Numbered from the stretch's first letter, positions 22,935 through 33,290 are shown. The stretch is 36,643 bases of DNA from Planctomycetota bacterium (GCA_050010835.1 JBEKKG010000001.1:1-36643); one strand, 5' to 3'. Program-made: numbers and translations. The notes: generated by a model from the sequence alone, not told the origin.

Positions 22935-23174
22935 CCACAACGTGCCTGTCGGCTAGGCTTCTTGTTTGCGCGTGGTTCGTTGCGCAGGCCGCTGAGGATT
23001 CTTGATAGGGCGGTTACGGGACGTTTGTCTTAGCCGGAAAGGCAGAACCGGCCTATGGTGTGGCGTACTATCCGACGGCCATCGGCAGCGGTGAAATGTA
23101 GGTGGATGCTGGCGGCGCGGCAGGTTGGTTACATCATGCGGGTTCAGGCAGTGGGCGGGATTCGGAATCCTCAC

Positions 23175-23723
23175 TTAACCACGCACCTTCTTCAACTCCT
23201 CAATCGCTCGATCCAGTACCGCCCTGACTCGTTCCTTGACCAGGCGCTCAATAATTTCCAGGATTGGCTCAAGCCGGCCGACCATCTGCGCTTTCTTCAC
23301 TGGCCTGCCCGGCTTCCTAGCCGGCGTCCCTGTGCGCGTGACGAACCCGGTCAGCGCTATGAGCCCGCCTCGATAACCTGCGGCCTTCGCCGCCTGGAGG
23401 GCTTCTGGCCACTTCTTCCCCGTCTTCAGTGCCTCATGGGTGGCGTTGACTATCGCGGCCCTTGTGGCCTCGTTGTAGACGTGGCGGTGCTTCGTGGCCA
23501 CTCCCAGACCTTTGGGTCTGCCGCGCTTGGCTCCTGGCTTTCGGCCAGCCTTCTTGCCTTTCGTCAGGTGGAACATCCCTTTTATGCCGCCCAAGGTTCC
23601 GGTGTAGCCGGCCTCTTTCGCGGCCTTGAATGCATCCCCCCAAGGCTGGCCCGCGACACGGGCTTCGCTAACTGCCTGCAAGAAAGCTGACTTGATGGCT
23701 TCGTCGTAACCTTTGCGTGGCAC
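23175..23723 (-). CDS. DNA-binding protein with two AT-hooks and an internally duplicated ~40-aa module
   Basis: AT-hooks are GRKPGAKRGRPKG and RKPGRPVKK. The duplicated modules are DEAIKSAFLQAVSEARVAGQPWGDAFKAAKEAGYTG and NEATRAAIVNATHEALKTGKKWPEALQAAKAAGYRG. GAGGAGGGG lies upstream of the GTG start. Confidence 0.65.
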   Translation of the reverse strand: MPRKGYDEAIKSAFLQAVSEARVAGQPWGDAFKAAKEAGYTGTLGGIKGMFHLTKGKKAGRKPGAKRGRPKGLGVATKHRHVYNEATRAAIVNATHEALKTGKKWPEALQAAKAAGYRGGLIALTGFVTRTGTPARKPGRPVKKAQMVGRLEPILEIIERLVKERVRAVLDRAIEELKKVRG

Positions 23724-25160
23724 TGGTTCCCCTCCTCATCAAGGCGTGGTTGGTGATTCTAACAGACGGGGGTTGACAGGGCAAGGCACGGCAGCGAAAG
23801 GGCCGGGGGCACCGGGGGGCACCGCAGTAGTCGCCCCGCGAGCATCTGCTTGAGCCCGGCCCACGCCGGCCAACCCGACAGGTGCGCCTGTTCCCGCCTT
23901 CCGCCTAATGTTGGTGACCTTGTTCGGTCGGAATGGTCGCCAGTGAATCATGGACACGCGCTGGACGCAGGTGACCGGAGTGAGTAGAGACAGGGCAGCC
24001 CGCTCAGGCACGATTTGCCTGCGCGGCATCGAAAGATACTTATACCTGAGCCCCTCTTGTACCTGGATTCAGGCTGTCCTGCGCAAGCGGGAGGAGGCGA
24101 TTGGCATGATGGCAGTTCAAGTGGTAGCAGAACACGGTGGGCAGTCGGGGGTGAGAATCCCCGGTCTTGTCCCTGCTCCGCATCGGGGTCCGCTCCATGG
24201 TCTTGGTGCCGACGACATGAACGTGGGTGTTGGCGCAGTCGGCGCGCTGAGCACTTTGGATCTGCGTCGCGCGCAACCAGCCACTCGCAGGCCCTTTTGT
24301 TTCATGGTGCAAACCCGTCGTGGTCAGAACTGGGAGCCTTTCATCTGGAAACCGCTGAGCCTTGGCGACGCGCGGTCTCTGGCCGTTTTCCTGAACGAGA
24401 CCGACACAGGCTGGTATCGCGCCAAGAAGATCACGCTGCCGTGATGTAAGGCCACGCAACCGGCGGCCGCATGCGACCGTCGCCTGTGCCTACGGTCGGC
24501 GCGGCGGCTGTGGGGGCGGAAAATGACCAGGCCGCACGAGCGGCAAGGGCGGTTGCCCCTGCGCCATCACCAGCGGGTTGGCCGTCGCCGGGAGAGGATT
24601 CCCGAAAACTTTTACCCGGTCACCGTCACGCGCCTTGCGTCGGCCGTGGTGACCACGGGGATGTCCGAGAGGCTGTCATCGGATAATGCAGATACTCGCC
24701 AAGCCACCCTTGCACAGCGGTCTTGGGTTCGGCTTTACCCAGAATGGGGCCGCGCTGTTCTACGTTCTACGAGGGGGTAACCACTTGGTGGCGCACAACT
24801 TAAGTGCCCTAGAGATCGGCGGTTCACTTTTCCCGTGAAGAATGAACCGCTCTTAAACCCCACTGCGGCCAGAAACCTGGTTACCCGAGCCATAGCCCCA
24901 GCTACTGTTTCTGGCGCATCTTAGCCAGACTGTCGCACGTCGCGCCATGCTCCCTCTGCCAGGGCCGTGCCTTCTGCCCAACGTTCCCAGAAAAATCTCT
25001 TTTTCTACGCAGGCCATTCCCCGTTTCTGTCCCACCCCCCCTGGTAAACTAAGGGTAGAAAGCCCAGGTTCAGGAGGCCAGGACAATGAACGAGTACGCA
25101 TTCCGTTAGCGGCAGCGGCTGGATTTCGCGGCGCGCAAGCTGGCGCGTGACATTGCGGCC

Positions 25161-25709
25161 ATGCCGCTTGGCACGCTCGGGGCCAGGTTCAAGCTTAGTG
25201 CCTGCTACAGCTGCCCCCAGGAGATAATGGCCTTGGCGCGGATGTTCCTCTCCACTGCCCCCGCCGCCTCGGACGTGGATCTAGCCAAGGCTGGCGTTTC
25301 CAGCGGCAGGATCGGCGTCGTCGCCTGCCCCAGCGCGAGCGCAGAGAGGGGCAAGGTCGCGCAAGAAATCGAGAAGCTGCACTCAGAGGGCCTCGCCCTG
25401 TCGGACATCGCCGTCGTGTCCCTGCGGGGGCAAACGCCGCCGGAATCCATCGTCAACGCCGGCCGGCTGGGGAACCACCTGGTTGTGAGGGCGGACGCCG
25501 AATCCATCGAGTCCAGCATCGTGGCGGAGACGTTTCTGCGCTACAAGGGTCTGGAACGGCCGGCGATCATCGTCACCGACCTCGGCTTGGTTAAGGACCG
25601 GCTGGGAGTCCGGATGCACATTGCCCTGACGCGGGCACTGGACTTCGTGAGAATCGTCGCGCCGAAAGAGGCACTGTCTGGCGTGGAATGGCTGCGGCCG
25701 TTCCTATGA
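25161..25709 (+). pseudogene. C-terminal fragment of a UvrD/SF1-like helicase (the N-terminal ATPase half is missing)
   Basis: ETFLRYKGLERPAIIVTD (motif V-like) and RMHIALTRALDFVRIV (motif VI-like) are present. No Walker A or DExx lies upstream, and an in-frame stop is at 25104-25106. Confidence 0.55.
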
Positions 25710-25773
25710 TGGACGAGGTGGTATATGGCCCGGCTCGTGGCGCAGCCGCTCCAGGAGCTTAACCATCGCCAGC

Positions 25774-26613
25774 GTGTCCTGCTCGCAGTACGACAACAGC
25801 GCCTTCCGCATTCGGGTGCGCTCACCAGGGGACAACAGGCCGCGCACCATCCGTCACCGGTCAGAGTGGGATTTCGTGCACGTCCCAATAATCCCCCGCG
25901 CCGCACAAAGCTACTGCGATTCCAGTATCCCTTCTCTTCGCGCCAGCGGCAACCAACTCCTGGCCCTGCCCGTGCCCAGCCGTGAACTGCGCCACGTCAT
26001 CGGTGCGCTGCTGGTCTTGTTCCAGCAGTATGGTCCGCCGCTGCTGCTTAAGTCTGACAACGAGTTCAATACCGAGAACCTGGCGGTCTGCCTGGATGAG
26101 AAGCAGCGCAGCGCGCTGCGCAGGCTGGCCGCACTGCTGGTTGAACATGGCGTAGTTCAGCTCTTGTCACCGCCGGCGTGGCCACGGTATAATGGCGCCG
26201 TCGAAGCGGGGATCGGCTCGTTCAAGACGCGCGCACATCATGAGGCTGCCCGGCATGGCCACCCTGGTGAATGGAACTGCGAAGATGTCGAGGCCGCGCG
26301 CCTGCAGGCCAATGAACTGGCCCGCCCCTGGGGCCACCAGGCTGACACGCCGGAGCAGGCTTGGCAGAAGCGCCAAGCGACCAGCCCGGCTCAACGTACC
26401 GCTTTCCAGGAATCAGTGCAGCAGCTCGAACAGGAAGCCCGTCAAGAAAGGCAGAAGGACCTTCCGCCTGGAGTGCCTCTCGGTCCGAAGGACTTGGCGT
26501 CCATCCGGCGGGAGGCGATCAGCCGTGCCCTTATTAAGCACGGCCTTTTGTTGTTCCGGAGGAGGCGATTTACTCTGCCACTTAAGCGCGTCATTTGGGC
26601 AAACGTTTCGTAG
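25774..26613 (+). mobile_element. DDE integrase/transposase catalytic-core (rve) ORF, probably N-terminally degraded
   Basis: SEWDFVHV, LLLKSDNEFNTENL and PAWPRYNGAVEAGIGSFKTR fit the D, D and E regions of rve-type cores. I saw no N-terminal HTH and no terminal inverted repeats. Confidence 0.55.
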
Positions 26614-26775
26614 GGGGCACACAAGAGCCGCTGGATGAGGCGAATATCGACGGGATGCAGATTGAATGACGCAGAGCAGTCGTGCGCTGCCTACGTAACT
26701 GCGTAATCAAAGAAAGGAAATGCTCACGATGCTTCTCAGAACTACCATAAGTGAGGACCGTCCCGGAGAATAATC

Positions 26776-29469
26776 ATGACAGATGGTGACCCAATTCGAC
26801 AGGCCGAACGTCTTCCGTCCGGTGCGGATTTCTACAAGTGCGCGCTTCAGGTGAACCCGCATCACTACAGCGAGACCTACCGAGGACAGCCACAAAGCCT
26901 GGACGCGGATGCCTATGCCGCCGCGATTCTGGCAAAGGCCATTGAACACGGCATTTCCGTTCTCGCGGTCACCGATCACAACAACGTCAGTGGCATTGAC
27001 ACCCTTCGCGAGAAGGCCAACGCCCAGAAGGTTCAACTATTCCCCGGATTTGAACTGTCCTCCAGCGAAGGCGTTCACGTGCTTTGCCTGTACCCGCAGG
27101 ACACGCAGGAGGACCAGCTTGGACGCTATCTGGGCCAGTTCGGAATCCACAACACGGGGCCTTCCGCTGATCTGGCGAACACCACCTTCACCGACATGCT
27201 CCGTATCGTTCGCGAGCAGGGAGGGATCGCAATCGCCGCACATTCGACAAATGCCAGCGGCCTCTTCAAGGTGCTGGACGGCCAAGCCAGGATAAAGGCG
27301 TGGCGTGATCAGAACCTGATGGCGATCCAGATTCCCGGCAAGATAGACGACCTCTTGCAGGATGTTCGGCAGATCGTCCTGAACAAGAACTTGGACTATC
27401 ACAGGCGGCCCGGAGCAAGCGATGGTCTCCCGATAGCCGTCCTGAACGCCAAGGACGTGGCAACTCCCGATGATCTTGCCGACCCGTCGGCAAGCTGCTG
27501 GATCAAGATGTCGGAAGTCAGTATCGAGGGACTCCGCCAAGCCTTCCTTGATCCCGACTCCAGAATCCGCCTGAACAGCGATCCGGTTCCCGAGGAGCAT
27601 TCTGAACTGGTGGCCATGTCATGGGAAGGCGGCTTCCTTGACGGAACCATGATCCATTTCAATACGAACCTGAATGTTCTCGTTGGCGGCCGTGGCACTG
27701 GCAAGTCCACGATCATCGAGAGCCTGCGGTACATTCTCGGTTTGGATACTATCGGGGACGATGCACGGAAGGCCCACGAAGGCATTATCAGGTACGTCTT
27801 GAGGAGCGGCACGAAGGTTTCCCTGCTAGTCCGCTCATATCGGCCGTCGAAGCAGGAGTACCTAATCGAGCGGACGATACCCAACCCGCCGGTCGTTCGC
27901 ACTGACACCGGCGAGGTATCCAATCTGCTTCCACAGGACGTGCTGCCGCGCGTCGAGGTCTACGGGCAGCATGAGATTTCCGAAGTGACGCGAAGCCCGG
28001 AGAAACTGACTCGACTGCTTGATCGCTTCGTCGAACGGGACGAGTCGGCTGATAGGCGGAAGTCAGAGCTTCGCAGGGAACTGGAGAAGAACCGCCGCAC
28101 TGTCCTCGACGTGCAAGCGGAACTCACACAGATCGAGGAACGGCTTGCCGCGTTGCCCGGCCTTGAGGAAACGCTCAAGCGGTTCCAGGACTCAGGACTG
28201 GAGAATCGACTCCGGGAGCAGAGCCTCATTGTCCGAGAGGAGCGAGTCCTCAACACGGTGAGCGAACGGATTAAGCCCTTCCGTGAATGCTTGGCCAACT
28301 TACGGCGTGAACTGCCAATTGACGGTGCCTTTCTTTCACCGAAAGCCTTGGAGGAGTTGCCTGGGAAGGCAATTCTCGCAGGCGCATCCAGTGTTCTCGA
28401 CCAGCTTGGCCGTGACGTTGAGCAAGCAGCACGTGTGCTGGAAGAGGCAATCCAAAAAGTGGATTCCTGCATGGTCGAAGTCCGCAAACAATGGGATGCC
28501 AGGAAGAAGGAAGTGCAGGCGGCGTACGAGAAGATTCTTCGCGAGCTTCAGAAATCGCGCGTGGACGGCGAGGAATTTATCCGTCTTCGCCGACAGATCG
28601 AGGAGCTTCGGCCCCTCCGCGAACGGAAGGCCATTTTGCAGCGCACGCAGAAGGAGCACGCGGCGCGTCGCCGTGAACTACTCACTCAATGGGAGGACAT
28701 CAAGGCCGAGGAGGTGCGGGCGTTAGACCGTGCCGCAAAGCGGGTAAGCAAGAAGCTGCGTGACCGCGTTGATGTTCAAGTTACCGCCGCTGGTGACCGG
28801 GAGCCGCTTGCGGAAGTGTTGCGCAACAAGGTCGGGGGCCGGTTGTCAGAGGCCATCGTTGCTCTGAGTAACACGCCAGACTTGTCCCTTCCCGCTCTGG
28901 TTAAAGCGTGCCAAGAGGGGCCAACCGCTGTCGCCAGAGCCTTTGGCATTCCACCAGCCCAGGCGGATCGCCTGACGAAGGCTTCGCCGGACGTTCTCAT
29001 GCAGATCGAGGAGTTGGAACTGCCTGCCGCCACAACCATCAAACTCAATACTGCGCCGCTCGGATCGCCCCCGGCCTGGCAGGCATTGAACGAACTGTCC
29101 ACGGGGCAGAAGGCCACGGCTGTTCTGCTGCTGCTGTTGCTGGAGTCCGATTCGCCCCTGATCGTTGACCAGCCCGAAGACGACCTGGACAACCGCTTCA
29201 TCACCGAGGGGGTTGTACCCCGGATGCGTGATGAGAAGCGTCGCCGTCAATTCGTCTTTTCCACGCACAACGCCAACATTCCGGTCCTTGGAGACGCGGA
29301 ACTGATTCTGGGCCTCAAGGCCCAAGGCGAGGCCGAGCATGGCACGGCCAAGGTTCCGGCGGAGTACATGGGTTCAATCGACTCCAAGCAAGTGCGAGAA
29401 CTCGTCGAAGAAATCCTTGAAGGCGGTCGAGAAGCATTTGAAATGCGAAGGCTCAAATACGGATTCTGA
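26776..29469 (+). CDS. PHP-domain phosphoesterase fused to an SMC/ABC-like ATPase (Ppl-like / TrlF-like architecture)
   Basis: PHP motifs: LQVNPHHY, AVTDHNNVSG, GFELSSSEGVHVLCLY, IAAHS. Walker A: VGGRGTGKST. A long coiled-coil middle follows. Signature/Walker B: LSTGQKATAVLLLLL...LIVDQPEDDLD, then VFSTHNANI. Confidence 0.75.
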   Translation: MTDGDPIRQAERLPSGADFYKCALQVNPHHYSETYRGQPQSLDADAYAAAILAKAIEHGISVLAVTDHNNVSGIDTLREKANAQKVQLFPGFELSSSEGVHVLCLYPQDTQEDQLGRYLGQFGIHNTGPSADLANTTFTDMLRIVREQGGIAIAAHSTNASGLFKVLDGQARIKAWRDQNLMAIQIPGKIDDLLQDVRQIVLNKNLDYHRRPGASDGLPIAVLNAKDVATPDDLADPSASCWIKMSEVSIEGLRQAFLDPDSRIRLNSDPVPEEHSELVAMSWEGGFLDGTMIHFNTNLNVLVGGRGTGKSTIIESLRYILGLDTIGDDARKAHEGIIRYVLRSGTKVSLLVRSYRPSKQEYLIERTIPNPPVVRTDTGEVSNLLPQDVLPRVEVYGQHEISEVTRSPEKLTRLLDRFVERDESADRRKSELRRELEKNRRTVLDVQAELTQIEERLAALPGLEETLKRFQDSGLENRLREQSLIVREERVLNTVSERIKPFRECLANLRRELPIDGAFLSPKALEELPGKAILAGASSVLDQLGRDVEQAARVLEEAIQKVDSCMVEVRKQWDARKKEVQAAYEKILRELQKSRVDGEEFIRLRRQIEELRPLRERKAILQRTQKEHAARRRELLTQWEDIKAEEVRALDRAAKRVSKKLRDRVDVQVTAAGDREPLAEVLRNKVGGRLSEAIVALSNTPDLSLPALVKACQEGPTAVARAFGIPPAQADRLTKASPDVLMQIEELELPAATTIKLNTAPLGSPPAWQALNELSTGQKATAVLLLLLLESDSPLIVDQPEDDLDNRFITEGVVPRMRDEKRRRQFVFSTHNANIPVLGDAELILGLKAQGEAEHGTAKVPAEYMGSIDSKQVRELVEEILEGGREAFEMRRLKYGF

Positions 29470-29477
29470 GGTGAACA

Positions 29478-30713
29478 ATGCATCGTCAGGAAGTCATGGA
29501 AATGCTCACAAGCGGCGAGGACTCAGGCGTCGAGTTCAAGCGCGATGACGTGACAAATCACGATCTGGCCAAGGAGCTTGTTGCGTTCCTGAACCTCGAC
29601 GGCGGGACCGTCTTGCTCGGTGTCGAAGATGACGGCACGATCTCGGGGACCACTCGCGAGCGGCTTGAGGAGTGGGTGAGCGAGCTTTGCCGCGTGAAGA
29701 TCACTCCCCCGGTGATTCCGTTCCTTTCGTGGGCCAAGGAGATTGAGCCGGGCAAGGATATTCTCGCCGTTCGTGTGCCCCTTGGCCCCGACAAGCCGTA
29801 TGCGAGGGTCCACAACGACCGCCGCACGTACTATGTGCGGGTTGGAAGCACGTGCCGCGAGGCTAGCCGCGAGGAGTTGGAGCGGATGTTCCAGGCAGGC
29901 GGACACGTTCGGTATGGCCTCAAGCCTGTGCCCGGCGCGTCGCTCGATGATCTCGACAGTCGCCGTCTGCGGGACTACTTCATCCGGGTGCTCAATGGCT
30001 CCGTGCCAGCGGATGAAGACAGCCAAGGCTGGACCACGCTGTTGCGCAACCTCGACCTGATGGTCGAATCTGCCGGACAGATGCTGCCCGCCGTTGACGG
30101 GATGTTGCTCTTCGGGAAGAACCCCAAGCGATTCCTGCCTCAGTCCGGCATCCGTGCGCTGTGCTATCCGGGCGCGACCGCCGACTATGCGGCCCAAGCG
30201 GACCAGGACTTGAAGGGGCCGCTGCTTCCGCTTCTGAGCAAACAAGGCGAGTCCGTTGTAATCACCGAATCCGGCTTGCTCGACCAGGCATTGGATTTTA
30301 TCCGCCGCAACACGCAGCCCACCGCGCACTTGGAGGCTGGTCAGCGCGTGGACCGGCCCGCTTATCCCGATGTTGTCCTTCGCGAGGCAATAGTCAACGC
30401 GCTTGTTCACCGCGACTACAGCATCATCGGGACTGACATCACACTCGCCCTGTTCGCCGACCGATTGGAGATTCAAAGCCCCGGCAGGCTCCCTAATACC
30501 GTCACGCTTGAATCAATGAAGTATGGTCTTCGATACGCCCGCAATCAGACGCTCGTGAACATCATGCGGGATTACCGCTACGTTGATTTCCGAGGCATGG
30601 GCATCCGGGACAAAATCATCCCTGGAATGCGCAACCACAACGGCACCGAACCCGACCTGATCGAGGAACACGAGCGGTTCACTGTGCGCCTCTGGAAGGA
30701 AGCAAAAACATGA
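29478..30713 (+). CDS. AlbA_2 (Schlafen-like) DNA-binding domain plus HATPase_c_4-type C-terminal domain protein
   Basis: GEDSGVEFKRDD...LVAFLNLDGGTVLLGVEDDGTISG is the AlbA_2 pattern. REAIVNALVHRDYSIIGTDITLALFADRLEIQSPGRLP is the HATPase_c_4 pattern. GAGGTGA RBS is present, and the start is 8 nt after the preceding stop. Confidence 0.75.
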   Translation: MHRQEVMEMLTSGEDSGVEFKRDDVTNHDLAKELVAFLNLDGGTVLLGVEDDGTISGTTRERLEEWVSELCRVKITPPVIPFLSWAKEIEPGKDILAVRVPLGPDKPYARVHNDRRTYYVRVGSTCREASREELERMFQAGGHVRYGLKPVPGASLDDLDSRRLRDYFIRVLNGSVPADEDSQGWTTLLRNLDLMVESAGQMLPAVDGMLLFGKNPKRFLPQSGIRALCYPGATADYAAQADQDLKGPLLPLLSKQGESVVITESGLLDQALDFIRRNTQPTAHLEAGQRVDRPAYPDVVLREAIVNALVHRDYSIIGTDITLALFADRLEIQSPGRLPNTVTLESMKYGLRYARNQTLVNIMRDYRYVDFRGMGIRDKIIPGMRNHNGTEPDLIEEHERFTVRLWKEAKT

Positions 30714-30811
30714 CCCACAAGGAATGCAAACGACTGGCGGAGGTGGACGTGACACCGTGACGGACCCCATGAATCCTCAAGACGGCGCACCGGGGCAAGG
30801 AAAGGGGACAG

Positions 30812-31003
30812 ATGCGAATTAGCCAGCTTGTCGGTAGCGGCCAGAGGTCGTTACCCGTGGCGGACATCGAACGGCATCCTGCGTTGTTTCCGTTCCGCAC
30901 GGTTACGTCGTTGGGTGCCCTGCGCGCCGCGAAGCAGTTCTCCGTCCACCGGCAAGGCGTGGACATGGAAATCGTCGAACTGGCGTCTCGTGAATTCAAA
31001 TGA
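30812..31003 (+). CDS. Possible small protein (63 aa) upstream of the OLD nuclease gene
   Basis: AAAGGGGA lies 3 nt before ATG 30812. I recognise no motif. Confidence 0.25.
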   Translation: MRISQLVGSGQRSLPVADIERHPALFPFRTVTSLGALRAAKQFSVHRQGVDMEIVELASREFK

Positions 31004-31019
31004 ACCGGAGCGATGAATA

Positions 31020-33290
31020 ATGCATCTACATTCATACAGACTTCGCAATTACAGGCGACTGAAGGATGTCCACATCGAGCTAGCTGCGGATATTTCAATC
31101 TTTGTTGGATCAAACAACAGCGGGAAAACATCGGCAACGCAGGCCATTTATGCATTTTTATCGGGAACGAAGGATAAATTCTCCCTGTACGATTTTAGCT
31201 CGGCATGCTGGAAAGATTTCGATGAGTTCGACAATCGTCCTGGAGAACAAGCGGAATTGCCTTCGATTAGCCTCGATCTATGGTTCGCAGTGGCGGCGAG
31301 CGACCTGTACCTGGCAATCCCGCTGTTGCCAAGCACTGCGTGGCAAGGAACGCAAGTCGGCATTCGGATCGAGTTTGCAGCACGCAACCCCATTGAGCTT
31401 CTGGGAACATTCCGCACTGCCCGCGATGATGCTCTGACGAAAGCAGCGGCCTTGGACAGGCGGGAGAACGAAAAGTATGTGCCCTGGCCCAAGAGCCTGA
31501 CTGACTATCTTAAGAACGAACTCCTAAACGAGTTTGAGTTCAAGTATTACGTCCTCGACCGTGCTCAGTTCGATGACGCCTACACACCTCGGGCAGGATA
31601 TGAGGCTGTGCCGCTTGGTACGGAGCCTGGTGGCGCTGCGATCCTCAAGTCCCTCGTCAAGGTTGACAACCTAAGCGCGCAAAGGCATCTGGCCGACCCG
31701 GCAGCGAGCGCGGGACCAGGCGCAGGGCGGTCCGAAGACCTGTCGAGACGCCTCAGTAGGTTCTACAAGCGAAACCTCGATCAACGGCAAGAAGACCACA
31801 GCGCGTTGAGAGCCCTATTTGATTCAGAGATAGGCTTGAATGAACACTTGGCCGAAGTTTTCAAAACAACGCTTGATCGTCTCTCCAAACTCGGTTATCC
31901 GGGCCTCCACAATCCTCGACTGGAGATTAAGTCCGCTCTCAATCCGGCTACGATCATGAGTAGCCAGGACACTCGTGTTCATTATGTTCTGGGCAATGGT
32001 GTGGACGCGCTGCGGCTCCCCGACACGTACAACGGTCTCGGTTTCAAGAATCTTATCTACATGGTCGTAGAGATACTCGACTTTCACGCCAGATGGATCG
32101 CGGACAATGAGCAACGCGCTCCACTACACTTGATATTCATAGAAGAGCCAGAGGCACACCTGCACGCACAACTCCAACAGGTGTTCGTTCGGAACGTCCT
32201 CGGACTCGTGAAACCAAGCCAAGACGAAGGCGGAGCTTTCCAGAGTCAGATGGTAATTACGACCCACTCGCCTCACATACTCTACGAACGTGGTTTTCAG
32301 CCTATCCGATATTTCAGGCGACAGAACATTGGTGGGGAGCAGACGACCGACGTTCTGAATCTTTCTGCATTTTACAATAACAACCCAAACGAACGGGATT
32401 TTCTGCAAAAGTACTTAAAGCTAACGCATTGTGACCTCTTCTTTGCGGACGCAGCCATTCTTGTCGAGGGCAATGTCGAGCGGCTGCTTCTCCCTGTGAT
32501 GATTGAGAAGGAAACCGTTTCTCTGCGGTCGGCCTGCCTGTCGATTTTGGAGGTAGGCGGAGCCTTTGCGCATAAGTTCAAGTCGCTGATCGAATTCCTC
32601 GGTCTTATTACTCTCGTGATAACCGACTTGGACAGCGTAAAGCCCGCCGCTGCCGCAGAGGAAAGTGAAGTTACCGAGTTCGAGGTCCCAAATGCCGTAT
32701 CAAACCAGCCGCCTGTGAAGAAATCCGGCACTGCTTGCTTGCCAACTGAACTGGACGCCCTAACTTCAAACCAGACCCTCATTCAATGGCTACCAGGGAA
32801 ACAGACCATTGCGGAGTTGCTTGCTGCGACAGAAGACCACAAGTATCAGGAGGCGGAAGGAGGCAACGGCTTCAAAGTCCGGGTGACCTATCAAGTCCCG
32901 ACGGACGTGACCTGGAACGGCACAACAGCCAGCCTGTGCGGACGAACTCTGGAAGAGGCCTTTGGACTTGAAAACGCGGAGTGGTGCCAGGCGGAGGATA
33001 AACGACACCTCGGCCTGAAGTTACGCGGAAACCACACGACACCCGGTGAACTGGCGTCTGGCCTGCACAAACGAGTCGGCGGGCAGTCTTTTGACAAGAC
33101 GAAATTTGCTTTGGGTGTTCTGACTGAAATTCCTGAGCATTGGAAAGTACCGCGCTACATACAAGAAGGCTTGCACTGGCTTGATAGCGTGGTCAGCCCT
33201 GAATTGCTCGCACCTACACCAGAGACAGTCGAGCCTGCGATGGCTGTCGAAGCCGGAGATGCGGCAGTAGCCGCGGAGGCGGTGGAATGA
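31020..33290 (+). CDS. gajA: OLD-family ATP-dependent endonuclease (ABC-type ATPase plus Toprim), GajA-like
   Basis: LRNYRRLKDV...FVGSNNSGKTS (Walker A), LHLIFIEEPEAHLHAQLQ (Walker B), VITTHSPHI, and Toprim FADAAILVEGNVERLLLP plus LVITDLDS. A UvrD helicase follows with an ATGA overlap. Confidence 0.75.
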   Translation: MHLHSYRLRNYRRLKDVHIELAADISIFVGSNNSGKTSATQAIYAFLSGTKDKFSLYDFSSACWKDFDEFDNRPGEQAELPSISLDLWFAVAASDLYLAIPLLPSTAWQGTQVGIRIEFAARNPIELLGTFRTARDDALTKAAALDRRENEKYVPWPKSLTDYLKNELLNEFEFKYYVLDRAQFDDAYTPRAGYEAVPLGTEPGGAAILKSLVKVDNLSAQRHLADPAASAGPGAGRSEDLSRRLSRFYKRNLDQRQEDHSALRALFDSEIGLNEHLAEVFKTTLDRLSKLGYPGLHNPRLEIKSALNPATIMSSQDTRVHYVLGNGVDALRLPDTYNGLGFKNLIYMVVEILDFHARWIADNEQRAPLHLIFIEEPEAHLHAQLQQVFVRNVLGLVKPSQDEGGAFQSQMVITTHSPHILYERGFQPIRYFRRQNIGGEQTTDVLNLSAFYNNNPNERDFLQKYLKLTHCDLFFADAAILVEGNVERLLLPVMIEKETVSLRSACLSILEVGGAFAHKFKSLIEFLGLITLVITDLDSVKPAAAAEESEVTEFEVPNAVSNQPPVKKSGTACLPTELDALTSNQTLIQWLPGKQTIAELLAATEDHKYQEAEGGNGFKVRVTYQVPTDVTWNGTTASLCGRTLEEAFGLENAEWCQAEDKRHLGLKLRGNHTTPGELASGLHKRVGGQSFDKTKFALGVLTEIPEHWKVPRYIQEGLHWLDSVVSPELLAPTPETVEPAMAVEAGDAAVAAEAVE

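Noticed and set aside
23772-23777. A TTGACA hexamer as a -35 element in the gap upstream of the AT-hook gene.
   Set aside because: It is on the wrong strand for the AT-hook gene, no acceptable -10 lies at 16-18 nt spacing, and there is no downstream gene.
24819-24850. A hairpin (gcggttca ... tgaaccgc) as a possible intrinsic terminator.
   Set aside because: The 8-bp stem has a 16-nt loop, no convincing U-tract on either strand, and no adjacent gene end.
24450-25160. A search for a tRNA or tmRNA gene, or an att site, at the composition boundary.
   Set aside because: I found no T-loop-like GGTTCGAATCC-type motif with a matching acceptor stem, and no cloverleaf could be built by eye.
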